The notes under the pieces: generated by a model
Told to the model about the DNA's origin: nothing
Database searches by the model: none
Seen by the model: only the letters and a program-made list of their open reading frames with translations
Made by a program: the position numbers and the translations under genes
Source of the DNA: Laetmonice hystrix
Taxonomy: Eukaryota
DNA length: 64,000 nucleotides
Assembly: GCA_965235115.1 (NCBI GenBank)
Contig: OZ249436.1
Location: forward strand, 13,888,001 to 13,952,000
Reading direction: 5' to 3'
Shown: positions 40,446 through 53,944 of the stretch, in pieces
Layout of the letters: each line of letters begins with the position of its first letter
Position numbering within the stretch: the stretch's first letter is position 1

Positions 40446-43400
40446 AGCCATACTATTGATACTGTTCCAACGCTCCATCGATTGTACATTAACAGCCATT
40501 GCGCTAACGCCCAATACCATTATGTCATGGGGCCACTCGCTCGAGGGATGTGTCCCCTGACTTTGTGAGTACCAGCAGCTGTGCATTTTTTAACGGCCCT
40601 CAACTGAACATGGGGGCTGGATGTATTCCTCGCGCCCCATCAATCTGCTCCTAAATACGTGGTGTACACCATAAATAGGTGGCACGGAAAAAGTCGTTTA
40701 TGGCTTGAAGCAAAAAGGGGCAGGCAAAGAGGATATATCTGTCGTGCCCCGGTCGTGGTTGCGTTTGTACAGGGCTTCAACACGGGATCCTGGTGTGTTT
40801 ACTGAGGGGGGGGGGCGTGTTGGCTCCCCGGTAGGCTTGTAATTTTTGCTAACCCCCATGGTTTGTGCCAGATAGTTGGTGTTCGCCGTTGGAATGATCA
40901 GATGGTTGGTACGGATTACAATGCAGATTAAGTTGAGGGACAATCGTTTTATGCACGCACAGCGAGGATGATGATATTATACAGTAATCGTGTTTAGGGG
41001 CCGCATTTCCTTAAATGAATAATACGAAAGTGGATTGCGGGTAGAACTGCCATTAACATCTAAATCGCACTGCTGCAGGTAATTCGCCGGAATTGCATAA
41101 ATACCGCCTGAGTGTAAGCGGTAGTTTTTCTTCTTATCGTTATCCCATGGAATTTAAGTGGTTACCTCTTTGCTTTGAGAAGGAGAAAGGGGAAAATGTC
41201 TGTATTAGAAATATAGACCGTATAACATCTCGAAACTGCACTGATTATGATGTAGCAAGGAGCTAGAGATTAGACATGGTGAAGGTAGCAATTCATGGAT
41301 ATGCATATTTATTTAGAACAATACTGAATGCATAATAAAGCATTTGGCCAGTGTGAAGTAATGTATAAAGGCGCTCATTTTTAGGATAACTCCCACATTG
41401 TCTTATAACTTATAACTATGTTTAACATAAATATAAGAAAAGTGAATTTATCCCTTTTTCATGCGACCAGAAGTACACCATGTGATTATTGTTACCGTTT
41501 CGACCTGTCTGATTTTTAGACGCTGAGTTTCTTTGATGTTTCACTTATTTCCTTCACACATCAGTTCACATCTTTCAGAGTCCGCCAGGGACGGGCGAGT
41601 GATCGATTAAAGCTTATCATCAGACTGCCGCTCCTCTGATTTGGAACCGTTAAGGTGGTTGAGTTCACCAGTCCTGGTTTTGGTGGGCAGGAATTTTGTA
41701 GGACGCTAACCTTGCCGTATATCTCTTGTCTTGACCGTGTACACTGTCTGTACATTGTGCATGTAGATTAAATAAGATCGATACGGGTTTCCTTACCTCT
41801 ATCCTTCTAGCAGCTGCTGTTGGTTACGATAACGTAGTTTCAATAAACATTATGCACTTGTTGATTGATTGAAAACATACGAATATTGAGTAAGATCTCT
41901 CTGAAGGCAACATTGGGATGGTACGGGGTCATTGTTTGTTCCAGATATCTGTACCTACTAGACGCAGATTCAGTTTTGAAGATAGCTTCAAGGCGTTACC
42001 AATCGATCGCGAGTTTGATGAGGGAAACCGACATCTTCTTCTGCCTGCATATGGAATCCTCTAACTAAATGTCAGTTCTAGACAGAATTTCTTTATTACG
42101 AATCGCAAAAATGTAAAATTAATGCTCTCCGTGTCGTGGTTTTGTTTTCTTGCGCATCAAAGCCGTGGGCGGACTGATGATGGCATGGATTTTAAGGCGT
42201 TCTAAGGCTTGGTTAGGTTAGTTATGTTTGTCGTTTGCCTGCTAGTTTTAATATTATTACCTTTTCAATGTTGTTGTCATGTTTAGACCTGAACACGAAT
42301 GTCATGAATTTAGTTAGTTCTATTATGACGTCTGAGTACCTGTCATGTTTACATGCAACTGCTGAACGTCTCGAAATATTTATAATGACATCGTTTTATT
42401 CACCTGAACTATGTTATAATAATATTTTATTTCAGGTGCTTTAGAATAAAGTTTAGGAATTGGCGATTATCATAACTCATTTGACAGGGACTATGTTTGA
42501 AAACAGGGTATAGAGATCTACAACATACTGCTGCCATCCTTAGATCCGTCTGAGTGTTCTATTCTGAATTGTCTTGTCTTGATATGGTTTAGGGGAATCG
42601 TGAGTGATGACTATAATCAAGGAGCCACCGCTGCTTATATTACCATATGTATGTTACATTGTTACCCTATAGCTGAGGATCCTAGCACGAACCAGCTATA
42701 CTAGATAGATTATATCATCAAGAACACCAGCTGCTGTCGTACCTATAACATTATATCATGGCATATCGAGGTGCGGATCGTAACTAGTGTGCATAATTAG
42801 ACTATTTGCCCTACAAGCTCCGCCAGAGTGAGCCTAGCTATCAACTATATTAAAGGAGTTCCCTTATCACACACCCGACCATACAACGTGCCAATCGGCG
42901 ATAAGCGCACGAGACACATTTTTCAAAGTGGCCACGTTAGTGTCGCATCTGCCCGTGCCCGCTGTGATATCAATCATAAATGTCGAGCCCACCAGTCAAT
43001 GAGTATTAATTGATGTACGACTCCTTTATAATGAGCTCCTTATTCGCCAAGATATCCTCGCACTTAACCGGCCAGGCCCTGCCAGAAATACCCGGCGAAA
43101 AGAACAATCCTTGGAGGTGATTGAACAGCAGTAACCCATGCATAATATCTCCCAAAAATCGCCGTGCGAAATTTATGCAAACTGCCAGAAAGAAATTGAT
43201 GTCAATGTTCCCCTGTGAAGAAGTATTTTTTATTTGGACTGCTCAACTATGGAGATTTATTATGTGTTTTTATCACTTAATGATTCCTTATTTCGGTAAG
43301 GGGTCGTGGGTGAGAGGGGGTTTCCCTGTAAGTCTGTGTCAACCGTAAGATGTTCATTACAGCCTGACTAATACTGTTAAATGAAGATGTGATTTCAAGA

Positions 43401-43522
43401 AAATTCAAGTGTTATTTATGATGCATTAGCTGATTATAATTATATTCTCGCCATAATCCATCGCAACGACACTCAAATACCCCAGACTTTGACTATGAAT
43501 AATTACACCCGACAATCTCTCT

Positions 43523-43706
43523 CATAGGCGTCCCCAGGATTTCCGAAGGGTCGTTGAGGGGGGGGGGGGGGGGTCGGCACAGAGCTACAAGAAGAACAGT
43601 TACGAAAAATGGCAACTCAACTTCTTTATGGATCTTGAAACTTTTAGGGGCACCTTTGGCCAAAGAAGAGCATCGTATATGCGCCCCCCGCCCCAACACG
43701 CCTATG
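43523..43706. mobile_element. Short MITE with CATAGGCGT/ACGCCTATG termini
   Basis: Perfect 9-bp TIR, subterminal G- and C-runs, flanks TCTCTCT / GCTCTCT. The CA-NN-GGCGT end signature resembles family A. Confidence 0.65.
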
Positions 43707-43795
43707 GCTCTCTCTCTCTTTCTGTCTCACTATCTCTCTCCCTCTCTCTCTCTCTCTCTATCTCTCCCTCTCTCTCTCCCCCCCTCTCTCTCTCC
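43707..43795. repeat. (CT)n microsatellite
   Basis: Imperfect CT run directly after the MITE. Confidence 0.9.
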
Positions 43796-45496
43796 TTGCA
43801 AAGGGGCTCATGCATTGATTCTAAACCAGATTGTTGTGCTAAAGTCCCAGTGGATCAAAGGGTCGCTCTCCACGCGCAATGTTTCCTGGCTAATAAAGCA
43901 ATCATTGATTGGGGGCGGGGCGGGGGGTCCCCTACGGGACAGTACCCGAGCGCTCTCCCCTATACCCGGGCCCTAGGGGACTTTAACGTGGGAGGTTTGC
44001 CCCATCCCCAACTCGTCGTATGTTCGACCCGACCACCCACCCTCAGCCGAGTGACACGCTCATGTGAGTTCCCTGAGATCTGCTAACCCCGACAAATCAA
44101 TGGCTGGTTGACTGTGGAGACACGTACCCCTCAGGCCTGCAGTTATCACAGCCTCTGATCAGGCCCGCTGCCGACACGGTGCCTGAATTCTTGGCCACAA
44201 TTACTACATCCCTCAAGTATCCTTGGCTTCAGTCCCATTATATTGACCAGAGCTGTGAAGACAATGACGTCAATGGATAGACTCTTTGAGCCGGGTTGAG
44301 TGTGCCAGCCATCATGCACAGCTCCAGTTTGTTGACATTTCCTGTCCACATTGAGACGGTCCCATTAAATTTCAGATGGGGTGACGGCTCCTCCATTAAT
44401 AAACGAGCATTTATAACCGTGTCACTGATCAATATTGTTTAACTCAGCAAAGTAGTTGTGTAAGAGCTTTCAAGACAACAACATGTGAGATTAATGATGT
44501 AGAACGACTTAGCTTATAACGTATACGTAATGCCATAAATTTAAGGTAACGTTTTTGCTATCATCTAGGCGTTATTACGAATACGCAATTTATGTAGACA
44601 TACATCGTTCGTATTTTTAGTGGGTAATAGTCCGAGCGAAAAAGGGAACGAGGAATCAATCATAAAATGTAGGTGGAGATATTGGGGGGGGGGATTAGTT
44701 CTGGGGATATATTCTCAGAAGAACTTCCTCTTCGATTCCCCTTCCTTATAATGTTTAGTACAAATTCTGTCGCTTGGTTAGCCTTTTAAGCTGACGTCAG
44801 CGAAAGTAATACATTATGTGCGTGTCTGTCCGTAACACCAGCCAAGCCCTCGACCCCGACATGTTTAGTAAATAATGGTTGTTGTATATTGCCTATACCC
44901 CTGGGAAGGGGACCTAACCCATCGTCACCCAGATAGCTCTGTTACTTTAGGTATCTTTGCTGTCCAGTTTGTGGCCCGAATCGTAACAGTCAGCACTTTT
45001 CTGTTACAAGAGAGTCAAACAAACATATTTCCACTATATATTCTCAGTATAAACGCTCCTGTTTGTGATATTAGTTAAATAGTAAATCACAAAGGTATCA
45101 CTACTGGGATCATACTATGGAGATATCATGGGGAAGTTACATCTTTCTATAGACGCAAACAAGCCGCTTCTAAATATTATCATTGTAGTTTCTTCGTTGA
45201 TTACGATTCTGGGCGCTGAAATTCCCATTGAAGTAAATTTAGCGGAGACGCCGTGATGAAGCAGCCACTTTGCAGAGTTTGTGAGCCCTCTTCTAGCTCA
45301 AGTGTTATTCATACCACCATGTTCGTTGGTACCAGAGCCGGTTGATAAACAAACAGTCCTTGAGTAATAAATCTTATTCAGCATGAGTAAAAAGGACGTT
45401 CAAAATTTTCAGTTTTGCTATATGAAATCGACACGGGGTTTTCAAGTTTTCAAGAATTATTTGTGAATTTTTCAAACAAACAAGAAGAGAGATCCA

Positions 45497-45737
45497 ACTG
45501 GTGTACTGCCACCAGGATATGATACATACCCGTGCAGGATATTAAATATTGTACTGGTGTACTGCCACCAGGATATGATACATAATATATCCGTGCAGGA
45601 TTTTAAATATTGTACTGGTGTACTGCCACCAGGATATGATACATAATATATCCGTGCAGGATTTTAAATATTGTACTGGTGTACTGCAACCAGGATATGA
45701 TACATAATATACCTGTGCAGGATTTTAAATATTGTAC
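45497..45737. repeat. Minisatellite, ~61-bp unit, 4 copies
   Basis: Unit ACTGGTGTACTGCCACCAGGATATGATACATAATATATCCGTGCAGGATTTTAAATATTGT. Confidence 0.95.
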
Positions 45738-46449
45738 ATTCCTAATACATATTTCATGTGCACTGGTATAAAGGACCCCCCCCCCCCCCTGTATAGGTCG
45801 GGGTATATCAGGTGTGAAGGCAGCTATATAATGTATAGCTCCTTATGTTTTTCGTTATTGCTAGGTTTCATCATCGTATTCTGGGTGGCAATCATGTACA
45901 CTGGTGATAAGCCTCTTTTTTCTTCATTTCTTTCTGCCAAAGAAAACATTATTTTGTGTACATGCAACTTATGCGAGCGATCTCTCTGCTAGATGTGTCC
46001 GTAGTCTATCTCTCCGTGGTGTTTTCTCTGGAGCTGACGGTCCAACATATCAAGTTTGGTCCCGTATAGATTATGTAAGTGTGTGAAAACAGGGGCACAT
46101 GGTGCCCACATACCGGGTCAGGGCTGGCAAAGTGACCAAATGCAATCGCCTCAAATTCCTCTCCAGTGATCGAACTTATCTCTCTGTGATAAACTGTGCT
46201 AGCTTTAGAAGCACGACAACCCTGCCACACATGTGTAGTCGCCTATAGAGGTTACTCAGGGTATGCAGGCCCCTGGCAGCGCAGCAAAAATCGATGCTGT
46301 TTTCCAACTGTCCATCCCTATCATTTCTCGCGCGCGCCCCCTCCCCCAACCCCCTCAGACAGTAAATGTGTGCCAGCCTCCTTTTTCACTTCTTCGTGCT
46401 CGAGTTTGGTTTCATCATTCGTAAAGCCCCGCCAAAACAATTCGTGAGG

Positions 46450-47263
46450 AGTTGTGTTTGCATTGTGGTCCGTCCAGCTCGTGGTATTAGTTCCATTCAG
46501 CAATCAGGAAAATGAGCAATCAAACGATGAATGCATCAAGAAGCGTTCGGTTGGCCTGTCTGTGTGTGTTGCCACAGGGGACAGACTCGGTGTGGAACAC
46601 GACCAAAGCTGGTTGATGTTGAGTCGGGCGGTGGCAGTGGCGGTAGCGTGTCCTCCCGTCTGCCCCTCTCCTGGCACATTCAGCCCGAATCACTTGCACG
46701 CACACGGCGCATCTGGCGCGAACGGCCCCCAAAAGTAGAGCTTTCTCGAGCAGCTGAATCGTAGACGGATCTCAAACTGCCGGCCCTTGGCCTCGGGCAA
46801 CTATTGTGTTGAAATGTGGGCGGGCTAGGAGAGGACTTGGTAATACGCCCGTCTGATGGCGTTCCCAGGCAGCAAGAAACTCGTCCTGGTGTCAGGCTCC
46901 TCACTGGCAGGAGACCGTCCGGCCGACACTTATTATCATTTTGTCTCCGACCGCCAGAGGGCGTCCATGTTTACAAGCGCTGATTAATGGATTTGTGGAG
47001 CCGAGATTTGTGCTGGTGCGGGCGAAGTAGCAGAGTCGTCGCACGAGCTCCTTGCTAAATGTCGACGCAAACCGGGTCGGAAAGACGCAGATGCCACCGT
47101 TTCCACGCTTGGTGTACAGCGGGTGGCTAGATGCTGTCCATACCTCCTTGAAAGATGGTGTAACCAAGAGGAATTGTCTACTGCTTGTCGCTTCCAAAAG
47201 CCGTCTGCTCGGATGCATATATGTTGCGCGTGCGGCACCCCATAGCGCTGGAACAACGTCAGT
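46450..47263 (+). promoter_or_regulatory. CpG-rich region upstream of exon 2; possible internal promoter/5' UTR
   Basis: GC/CpG-rich stretch with a CTCF-like motif GACCGCCAGAGGGCGTCCA at 46949-46967, ending at the in-frame ATG 47264. Confidence 0.3.
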
Positions 47264-47360
47264 ATGCTGTTAGAAAGGGCGCTAAAAGTGTACTCTGGCG
47301 TCTGTAGTTGTTGGTTACCATGGTGCGTGTTACTTGAGGTGGTCCTCTTCCTGTCCCCAG
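47264..47360 (+). CDS. nAChR: Possible alternative proximal N-terminus of nAChR (in-frame upstream extension of exon 2)
   Basis: ATG at 47264 (A at -3) is in frame and stop-free into exon 2, encoding [32 protein letters not shown] with a hydrophobic core. It may instead be fortuitous intron read-through. Confidence 0.4.
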
Positions 47361-47512
47361 ACCTCCACGTGCTGGCTAACCCGGACGCTAAGCGCCTCTA
47401 CGACGACCTGCTGAGGAGAAGCGGTTACAACAAGCTCATCCGGCCTGTTGGCAACAACAGCGACAAGCTCACAGTCAAACTAGGACTCCGCCTCTCACAG
47501 CTTATCGATGTG
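47361..47512 (+). CDS. nAChR: nAChR coding exon 2 (end of signal peptide and start of the ligand-binding domain)
   Basis: Acceptor CCTCTTCCTGTCCCCAG at 47344-47360; encodes [50 protein letters not shown]; donor GTG|GTAAGT at 47513. Confidence 0.95.
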
Positions 47513-48147
47513 GTAAGTCGCGCCACTTCAATTTTGTTTCAGAAATGGGAACTGCAATTTTTCGGGCGGGATAATTTTGATGCTATTGTAGTATATGAAA
47601 AAAGGGGTGTCGCGGTATGGCGTTACATACACAGTGGTGCCAAAGATCGATGGTAAATAGACTAGAGATCAATGCATAGCCTTCAGTACATCGTACTTTG
47701 AAGTTGTGTTTTTTTCCTATTGTCATTATTGAAAACTCCTGGGTATATACGCCGTTGTGTCATATATTGTTTCCAGGCCCAGCACGTTTAAACAATGGTT
47801 TAAAGATGAGAACAAGAAACAGACGAAGGTGGTACTAACAAAACCTCCTGTCCTACAAAAGGTTAATCCAGTTTGAAGAACACCTTTGAACTTCAATATT
47901 AACACGCAACGCACGAATGAATAGTTCATGCCTGACTTGTCATCATGTAAAATATATGTTGTAAACACAATGTGGTTTAAATAACGAAAGCGTATTTTGG
48001 TAATGTTATTGGGAATGAGGTCAGCATATTTGTGTGTCGAAATCAATGTTCTGTCAGTGGTCCGTTCTGTTGTCAGTATGATCAGGTCGTCTGCAGTATC
48101 TCGATGACAGCCGGGCTGTCACTGTCAGTCCTTTAAATCCACCCCTG

Positions 48148-48209
48148 CCCTCCTCCTCCTCCTCCTCCTCCTCCTCCTCCTCCTCCTCCTCCTCCTCTTC
48201 CTCCTCCTC
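48148..48209. repeat. (CCT)n microsatellite
   Basis: About 20 near-perfect units. Confidence 0.95.
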
Positions 48210-50418
48210 TCACCACACAGACACACAGGCCGCCAACCCCGTCTCCAAATCTAGCCATGACGAGACACTGAATCAATCGCTTGAAATGGCGCCATCATTT
48301 GTATTCTGTCAGCTTTATATTATCTGACAGGTTGGCCTGCTGTCTTGCCTGGATCCCAGCCCGGCCCCGTTTCACTCCCAGCTTTAAGGCTCTTTTCCTA
48401 TCAACGCATGCATAGCCAGTGATTTACACCACTTCCACGCGGCACGGTCTGTCGTATCCGATTGCTAGGAGAACTATGTAGCGGCAGGGACAATCGTAGT
48501 CGGTGATGGCGCCGATCTGCCGGTCCCCTGTTCCCGGCGCTGTCTGCCCCGGCCCGGCCAGGCGGCGGCGGCGTTACATCTTTGAAGCCACCAACACCAT
48601 TTGGTCGCACTGTCTCCCCATCCAGCGGCCAAGTAAATAAAGCCACCATGGAGTTGAGCGGAAGAGAGGCACTGTCTCCCCTACAAGGGTGATGGATCAT
48701 TTAATCTGATTTATCGGCCAAGAATTCCCCACCCGTATTAGCATGCGGAACAGAACAGTTTAGGTAGGGATTGAGCTCTTCGCTCTCGCCACACATTCAG
48801 CTCATCCGAGGAGCCAGATCGGGCTACTGTTTGAGCAGCGCTGGTCCCTCAACTGTCCACATTGGGCTATCCTAAATCCGTGCCAGGCAAAGGGCAAGGA
48901 CTGGATTCTCACAATCTATTTCTCAAAAATTCTACTTTCCTTGGTCAGTCCATCTTACTCGGACCGTTAAGTTTGGGCTCTACCGAACGAAGTAAAGGTG
49001 GTCTAAAGAATATTTGCCTGTGGCTACAATTCTACAGGGTCGCATTGAAAATGTCTCTGATATTTATATACGGATGTTACATTGACTAGAAGTAAAAAAA
49101 ACAAAGCGTTCCTTTCATATGTATAGGCGGGAATGTCTTGAAAGCGTCAGGCGTCATATCGTGACAGACACCGAATTAGCCACCGGCTAGGAACCCATAG
49201 AACATGACGGCAGCGAGCGTGCCCACAAAGATATTCACTGCCAGCAGTAATAGTCGCTCTCCGAATAATATGCCGCTTTGCTTTACAGTCCCAGTCGGCC
49301 TGCCGGGAGAGCTTCTCTTTTTCCTCCCCTTTTACCGCGATTGTCCCTTTTTATGGCGTCTGGCAAGGAAGATTTAGCTATCAGTGTAAGGGTTGAAACT
49401 TACACTAGCAGCATTTCGGATGAGGGTATAGATATCACTCTGCATGCTTGGGGGTGCACGCGTTGGTGGTAGCAATCTGAGGGCAAACGAAGCTGAACTA
49501 TAGAGGCCATGCAGCAGACTTTGAAATCGATACATGTTTGGGAGCTCGTCTTGGAACCGTGTCACATGGCCACTGATGTCACAAGGACATGCACATTCCT
49601 GGCCCTCAGTTTTACACCAACTGGCCCCTGGCAGCATCAAGCCCAAGGCCTGTGGCCAGCAACATAGCCGACTGCGGCCGAGGGCGACCTCCTTCACCAT
49701 TGTTACACCAGCAGCTGCATCAGCACAGTGGCCACTGCCACCAGGACCTTCCCATCTGCCACTCGGCACCATCTTCCATATTATAGCCCTTGGCAGTAAA
49801 ACCGACTGCCGTTAATCTAATACGGGGAGTTTACCCTAAATGGGAATTGTTGTTGGACAGTGTTTTGCTAATGTGAATATTTTGCTTCGCTGTGCCAGCA
49901 GTCTCTGTCAATAACCTGTTTGGTGCCGCCAGCACCATGCGAGGGACAAGGAGACAGACCCTAGCACGACATTCAGGTTCACACTTCAACCCCACAGCCT
50001 ACCGTACACAAGTATTTAGACAAATATTTATGTGTGCAGGACATTTAATGATTGTCAATATCCATTCACAGACGTGTCTTGGAAGTTAAATTTGACCTCC
50101 TTATGTTTCGCATAATACAAAACCTCTTCATTTTTCGCAAATTTTACAGGATGCTGCATGTATTGTTGTTATTGTGTATCTTGTTATCGTGCAAATGCGC
50201 GCATAATATATACATAAACATAGGTACCTTGAATATAAGGCATTATGTTGTCGAAAAATGAACCGTCCGAACCCTAGAAAAGTATATTTATCAGGTTAGA
50301 ACAAAATAATTTGTTTTGCCTGTGATTCTAGAAAACTTTGTTTCATAAAAAGGTTGTTTCATATTATTTAGACTAGCTTTGCCTTCAAGGTATCGATTGA
50401 ACATCAGCATTATTGGTT

Positions 50419-51051
50419 TTGGTACGCTTTCAATGATCGGTGTATTCTAAATACCAGAACTGAGGCGACACAAAGTACAGTATTGGTGCGCCTTCAATGA
50501 TCGGTGTAGTCTAATACCAGAACTGAGGCGGCACAAAGTACAGTATTGGTACGCTTTCAATAACCGGTGTAGACTAAATACCAGAACTGAGGCAGCACAA
50601 AGTACAGTATTGGTACGCTTTCAATGATCGGTGTAGTCTAAATACCAGAACTGAGGCGACACAAAGTACAGTATTGGTACGCTTTCAATGATTGGTGTAG
50701 TCTATTACCAGAACTGAGGCGGCACAAAGTACAGTATTGGTACGCTTTCAATGATCGGTGTAGTCTAATACCAGAACTGAGGCGGCACAAAGTACAGTAT
50801 TGGTATGCTTTCAATGATCGGTGTAGTCTAATACCAGAACTGAGGCGGCACAAAGTACAGTATTGGTACGCTTTCAATGATCGGTGTAGTCTAATACCAG
50901 AACTGAGGCGGCACAAAGTACAGTATTAGTACGCTTTCAATGATCGGTGTAGTCTAAATACCAGAACTGAGGCGGCACAAAGTACAGTTTTGGTATGCTT
51001 TCAATGATTGGTGTAGTCTAATACCAGAACTGAGGCGGCACAAAGTACAGT
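50419..51051. repeat. Minisatellite, ~63-bp unit, ~10 copies
   Basis: Unit ATTGGTACGCTTTCAATGATCGGTGTAGTCTAATACCAGAACTGAGGCGGCACAAAGTACAGT. Confidence 0.95.
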
Positions 51052-51495
51052 AGAGCCGACTACATGATTGCCGCCCAGTGTAAACCTATGTATTAGTAGA
51101 CCTATCGGTTGGGAATAGGCAGAGGCTTCGCGTATATGGACTTGGACCACCTTTAATAAGGGCCGTGCGTAGAGGGAGGACGTTTGAGCCTGAAGGGCGT
51201 AGCAGGCTTCAGTTCCCACGATAGGGGGGCACCTTTGGGCTTTGAGATTCCCCCCCCCCCCCAGATTTAGCGGGGCCCTATCAGTGGTCGAGCTTTTAGT
51301 ACCTGAGTGTATGCATGGTCTACCCCGATCGAAACAGCTCTTGATATGGTCATTTGCAGAATCGATCGAGGCAGCCAAAATAGCCGCCCACAATGTTTCT
51401 AATGAAGCTGGGAGTGTATATTGACCACAAAGTGATTGCTAGATGCCACCAGTCGGTTCCAAGGTTAACTGGTCTGCCTGTCCTCTGATCGTACG

Positions 51496-53944
51496 ACGTG
51501 AATACAAGACTGACATCAGTATTATAGGTACACTCACATCTCACATGTACCGGGGCTGAGGGGTGAGCGGGGGGTCCAGTTATACTACACGTGAATACAA
51601 GACTGACATCAGTATTATAGGTACACTCACATCTCACATGTACCGGGGCTGAGGGGTGAGCGGGGGGTCCAGTTATACTACACGTGAATACAAGACTGAC
51701 ATCAGTATTATAGGTACACTCACATCTCACATGTACCGGGGCTGAGGGGTGAGCGGGGGGTCCAGTTATACTACACGTGAATACACGACTGACATCAGTA
51801 TTATAGGTACACTCACATCTCACATGTACCGGGGCTGAGGGGTGAGCGGGGGGTCCAGTTATACTACACGTGAATACAAGACTGACATCAGTATTATAGG
51901 TACACTCACATCTCACCGGGGCTGAGGGGTGAGCGGGGGGTCCAGTTATACTACACGTGAATACAAGACTGACATCAGTATTATAGGTACACCCACATCT
52001 CACATGTACCGGGGCTGAGGGGTGAGCGGGGGGTCCAGTTATACTACACGTGAATACAAGACTGACATCAGTATTATAGGTACACTCACATCTCACCGGG
52101 GCTGAGGGGTGAGCGGGGGGTCCAGTTATACTACACGTGAATACAAGACTGACATCAGTATTATAGGTACACTCACATCTCACATGTACCGGGGCTGAGG
52201 GGTGAGCGGGGGTCCAGTTATACTACACGTGAATACAAGACTGACATCAGTATTATAGGTACACTCACATCTCACATGTACCGGGGCTGAGGGGTGAGCG
52301 GGGGGTCCAGTTATACTACACGTGAATACAAGACTGACATCAGTATTATAGGTACACTCACATCTCACCGGGGCTGAGGGGTGAGCGGGGGGTCCAGTTA
52401 TACTACACGTGAATACAAGACTGACATCAGTATTATAGGTACACTCACATCTCACCGGGGCTGAGGGGTGAGCGGGGGGTCCAGTTATACTACACGTGAA
52501 TACAAGACTGACATCAGTATTATAGGTACACTCACATCTCACATGTACCGGGGCTGAGGGGTGAGCGGGGGGTCCAGTTATACTACACGTGAATACAAGA
52601 CTGACATCAGTATTATAGGTACACTCACATCTCACATGTACCGGGGCTGAGGGGTGAGCGGGGGGTCCAGTTATACTACACGTGAATACAAGACTGACAT
52701 CAGTATTATAGGTACACTCACATCTCACCGGGGCTGAGGGGTGAGCGGGGGGTCCAGTTATACTACACGTGAATACAAGACTGACATCAGTATTATAGGT
52801 ACACTCACATCTCACATGTACCGGGGCTGAGGGGTGAGCGGGGGGTCCAGTTATACTACACGTGAATACAAGACTGACATCAGTATTATAGGTACACTCA
52901 CATCTCACCGGGGCTGAGGGGTGAGCGGGGGGTCCAGTTATACTACACGTGAATACAAGACTGACATCAGTATTATAGGTACACTCACATCTCACATGTA
53001 CCGGGGCTGAGGGGTCCAGTTATACTACACGTGAATACACGACTGACATCAGTATTATAGGTACACTCACATCTCACATGTACCGGGGCTGAGGGGTGAG
53101 CGGGGGGTCCAGTTATACTACACGTGAATACAAGACTGACATCAGTATTATAGGTACACTCACATCTCACATGTACCGGGGCTGAGGGGTGAGCGGGGGG
53201 TCCAGTTATACTACACGTGAATACACGACTGACATCAGTATTATAGGTACACTCACATCTCACATGTACCGGGGCTGAGGGGTGAGCGGGGGGGTCCAGT
53301 TATACTACACGTGAATACAAGACTGACATCAGTATTATAGGTACACTCACATCTCACATGTACCGGGGCTGAGGGGTTATACTACACGTGAATACAAGAC
53401 TGACATCAGTATTATAGGTACACTCACATCTCACATGTACCGGGGCTGAGGGGTGAGCGGGGGGTCCAGTTATACTACACGTGAATACAAGACTGACATC
53501 AGTATTATAGGTACACTCACATCTCACATGTACCGGGGCTGAAGGGCGAGCGGGGGGTCCAGTTATACTACACGTGAATACAAGACTGACATCAGTATTA
53601 TAGGTACACTCACATCTCACATGTACCGGGGCTGAGGGGTGAGCGGGGGGTCCAGTTATACTACACGTGAATACAAGACTGACATCAGTATTATAGGTAC
53701 ACTCACATCTCACATGTACCGGGGCTGAAGGGCGAGCGGGGGGTCCAGTTATACTACACGTGAATACAAGACTGACATCAGTATTATAGGTACACTCACA
53801 TCTCACATGTACCGGGGCTGAGGGGTGAGCGGGGGGTCCAGTTATACTACACGTGAATACAAGACTGACATCAGTATTATAGGTACACTCACATCTCACA
53901 TGTACCGGGGCTGAGAGGCGAGCGGGGGGTCCAGTTATACTACA
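51496..53944. repeat. Large minisatellite, 93/87-bp units, ~27 copies
   Basis: Unit CACGTGAATACAAGACTGACATCAGTATTATAGGTACACTCACATCTCA[CATGTA]CCGGGGCTGAGGGGTGAGCGGGGGGTCCAGTTATACTA. Confidence 0.97.

Noticed and set aside
42421-42441. Recursive splice site candidate TTTTATTTCAG|GTGCTT
   Set aside because: The acceptor is strong but the regenerated donor is poor; it needs saw-tooth RNA-seq evidence.
47513-47656. C-terminal part of the 130-aa ORF 47264-47656
   Set aside because: Similarity to nAChR stops at IDV, where a GTAAGT donor begins; the rest is intron read-through.
51350-53899. Cys-rich repetitive ORFs antisense to nAChR (RCECTYNTDVSLVFTCSITGPPAHPSAP)
   Set aside because: Derived from the 93/87-bp array, broken by single-base G-run frameshifts, and showing no synonymous-biased variation.
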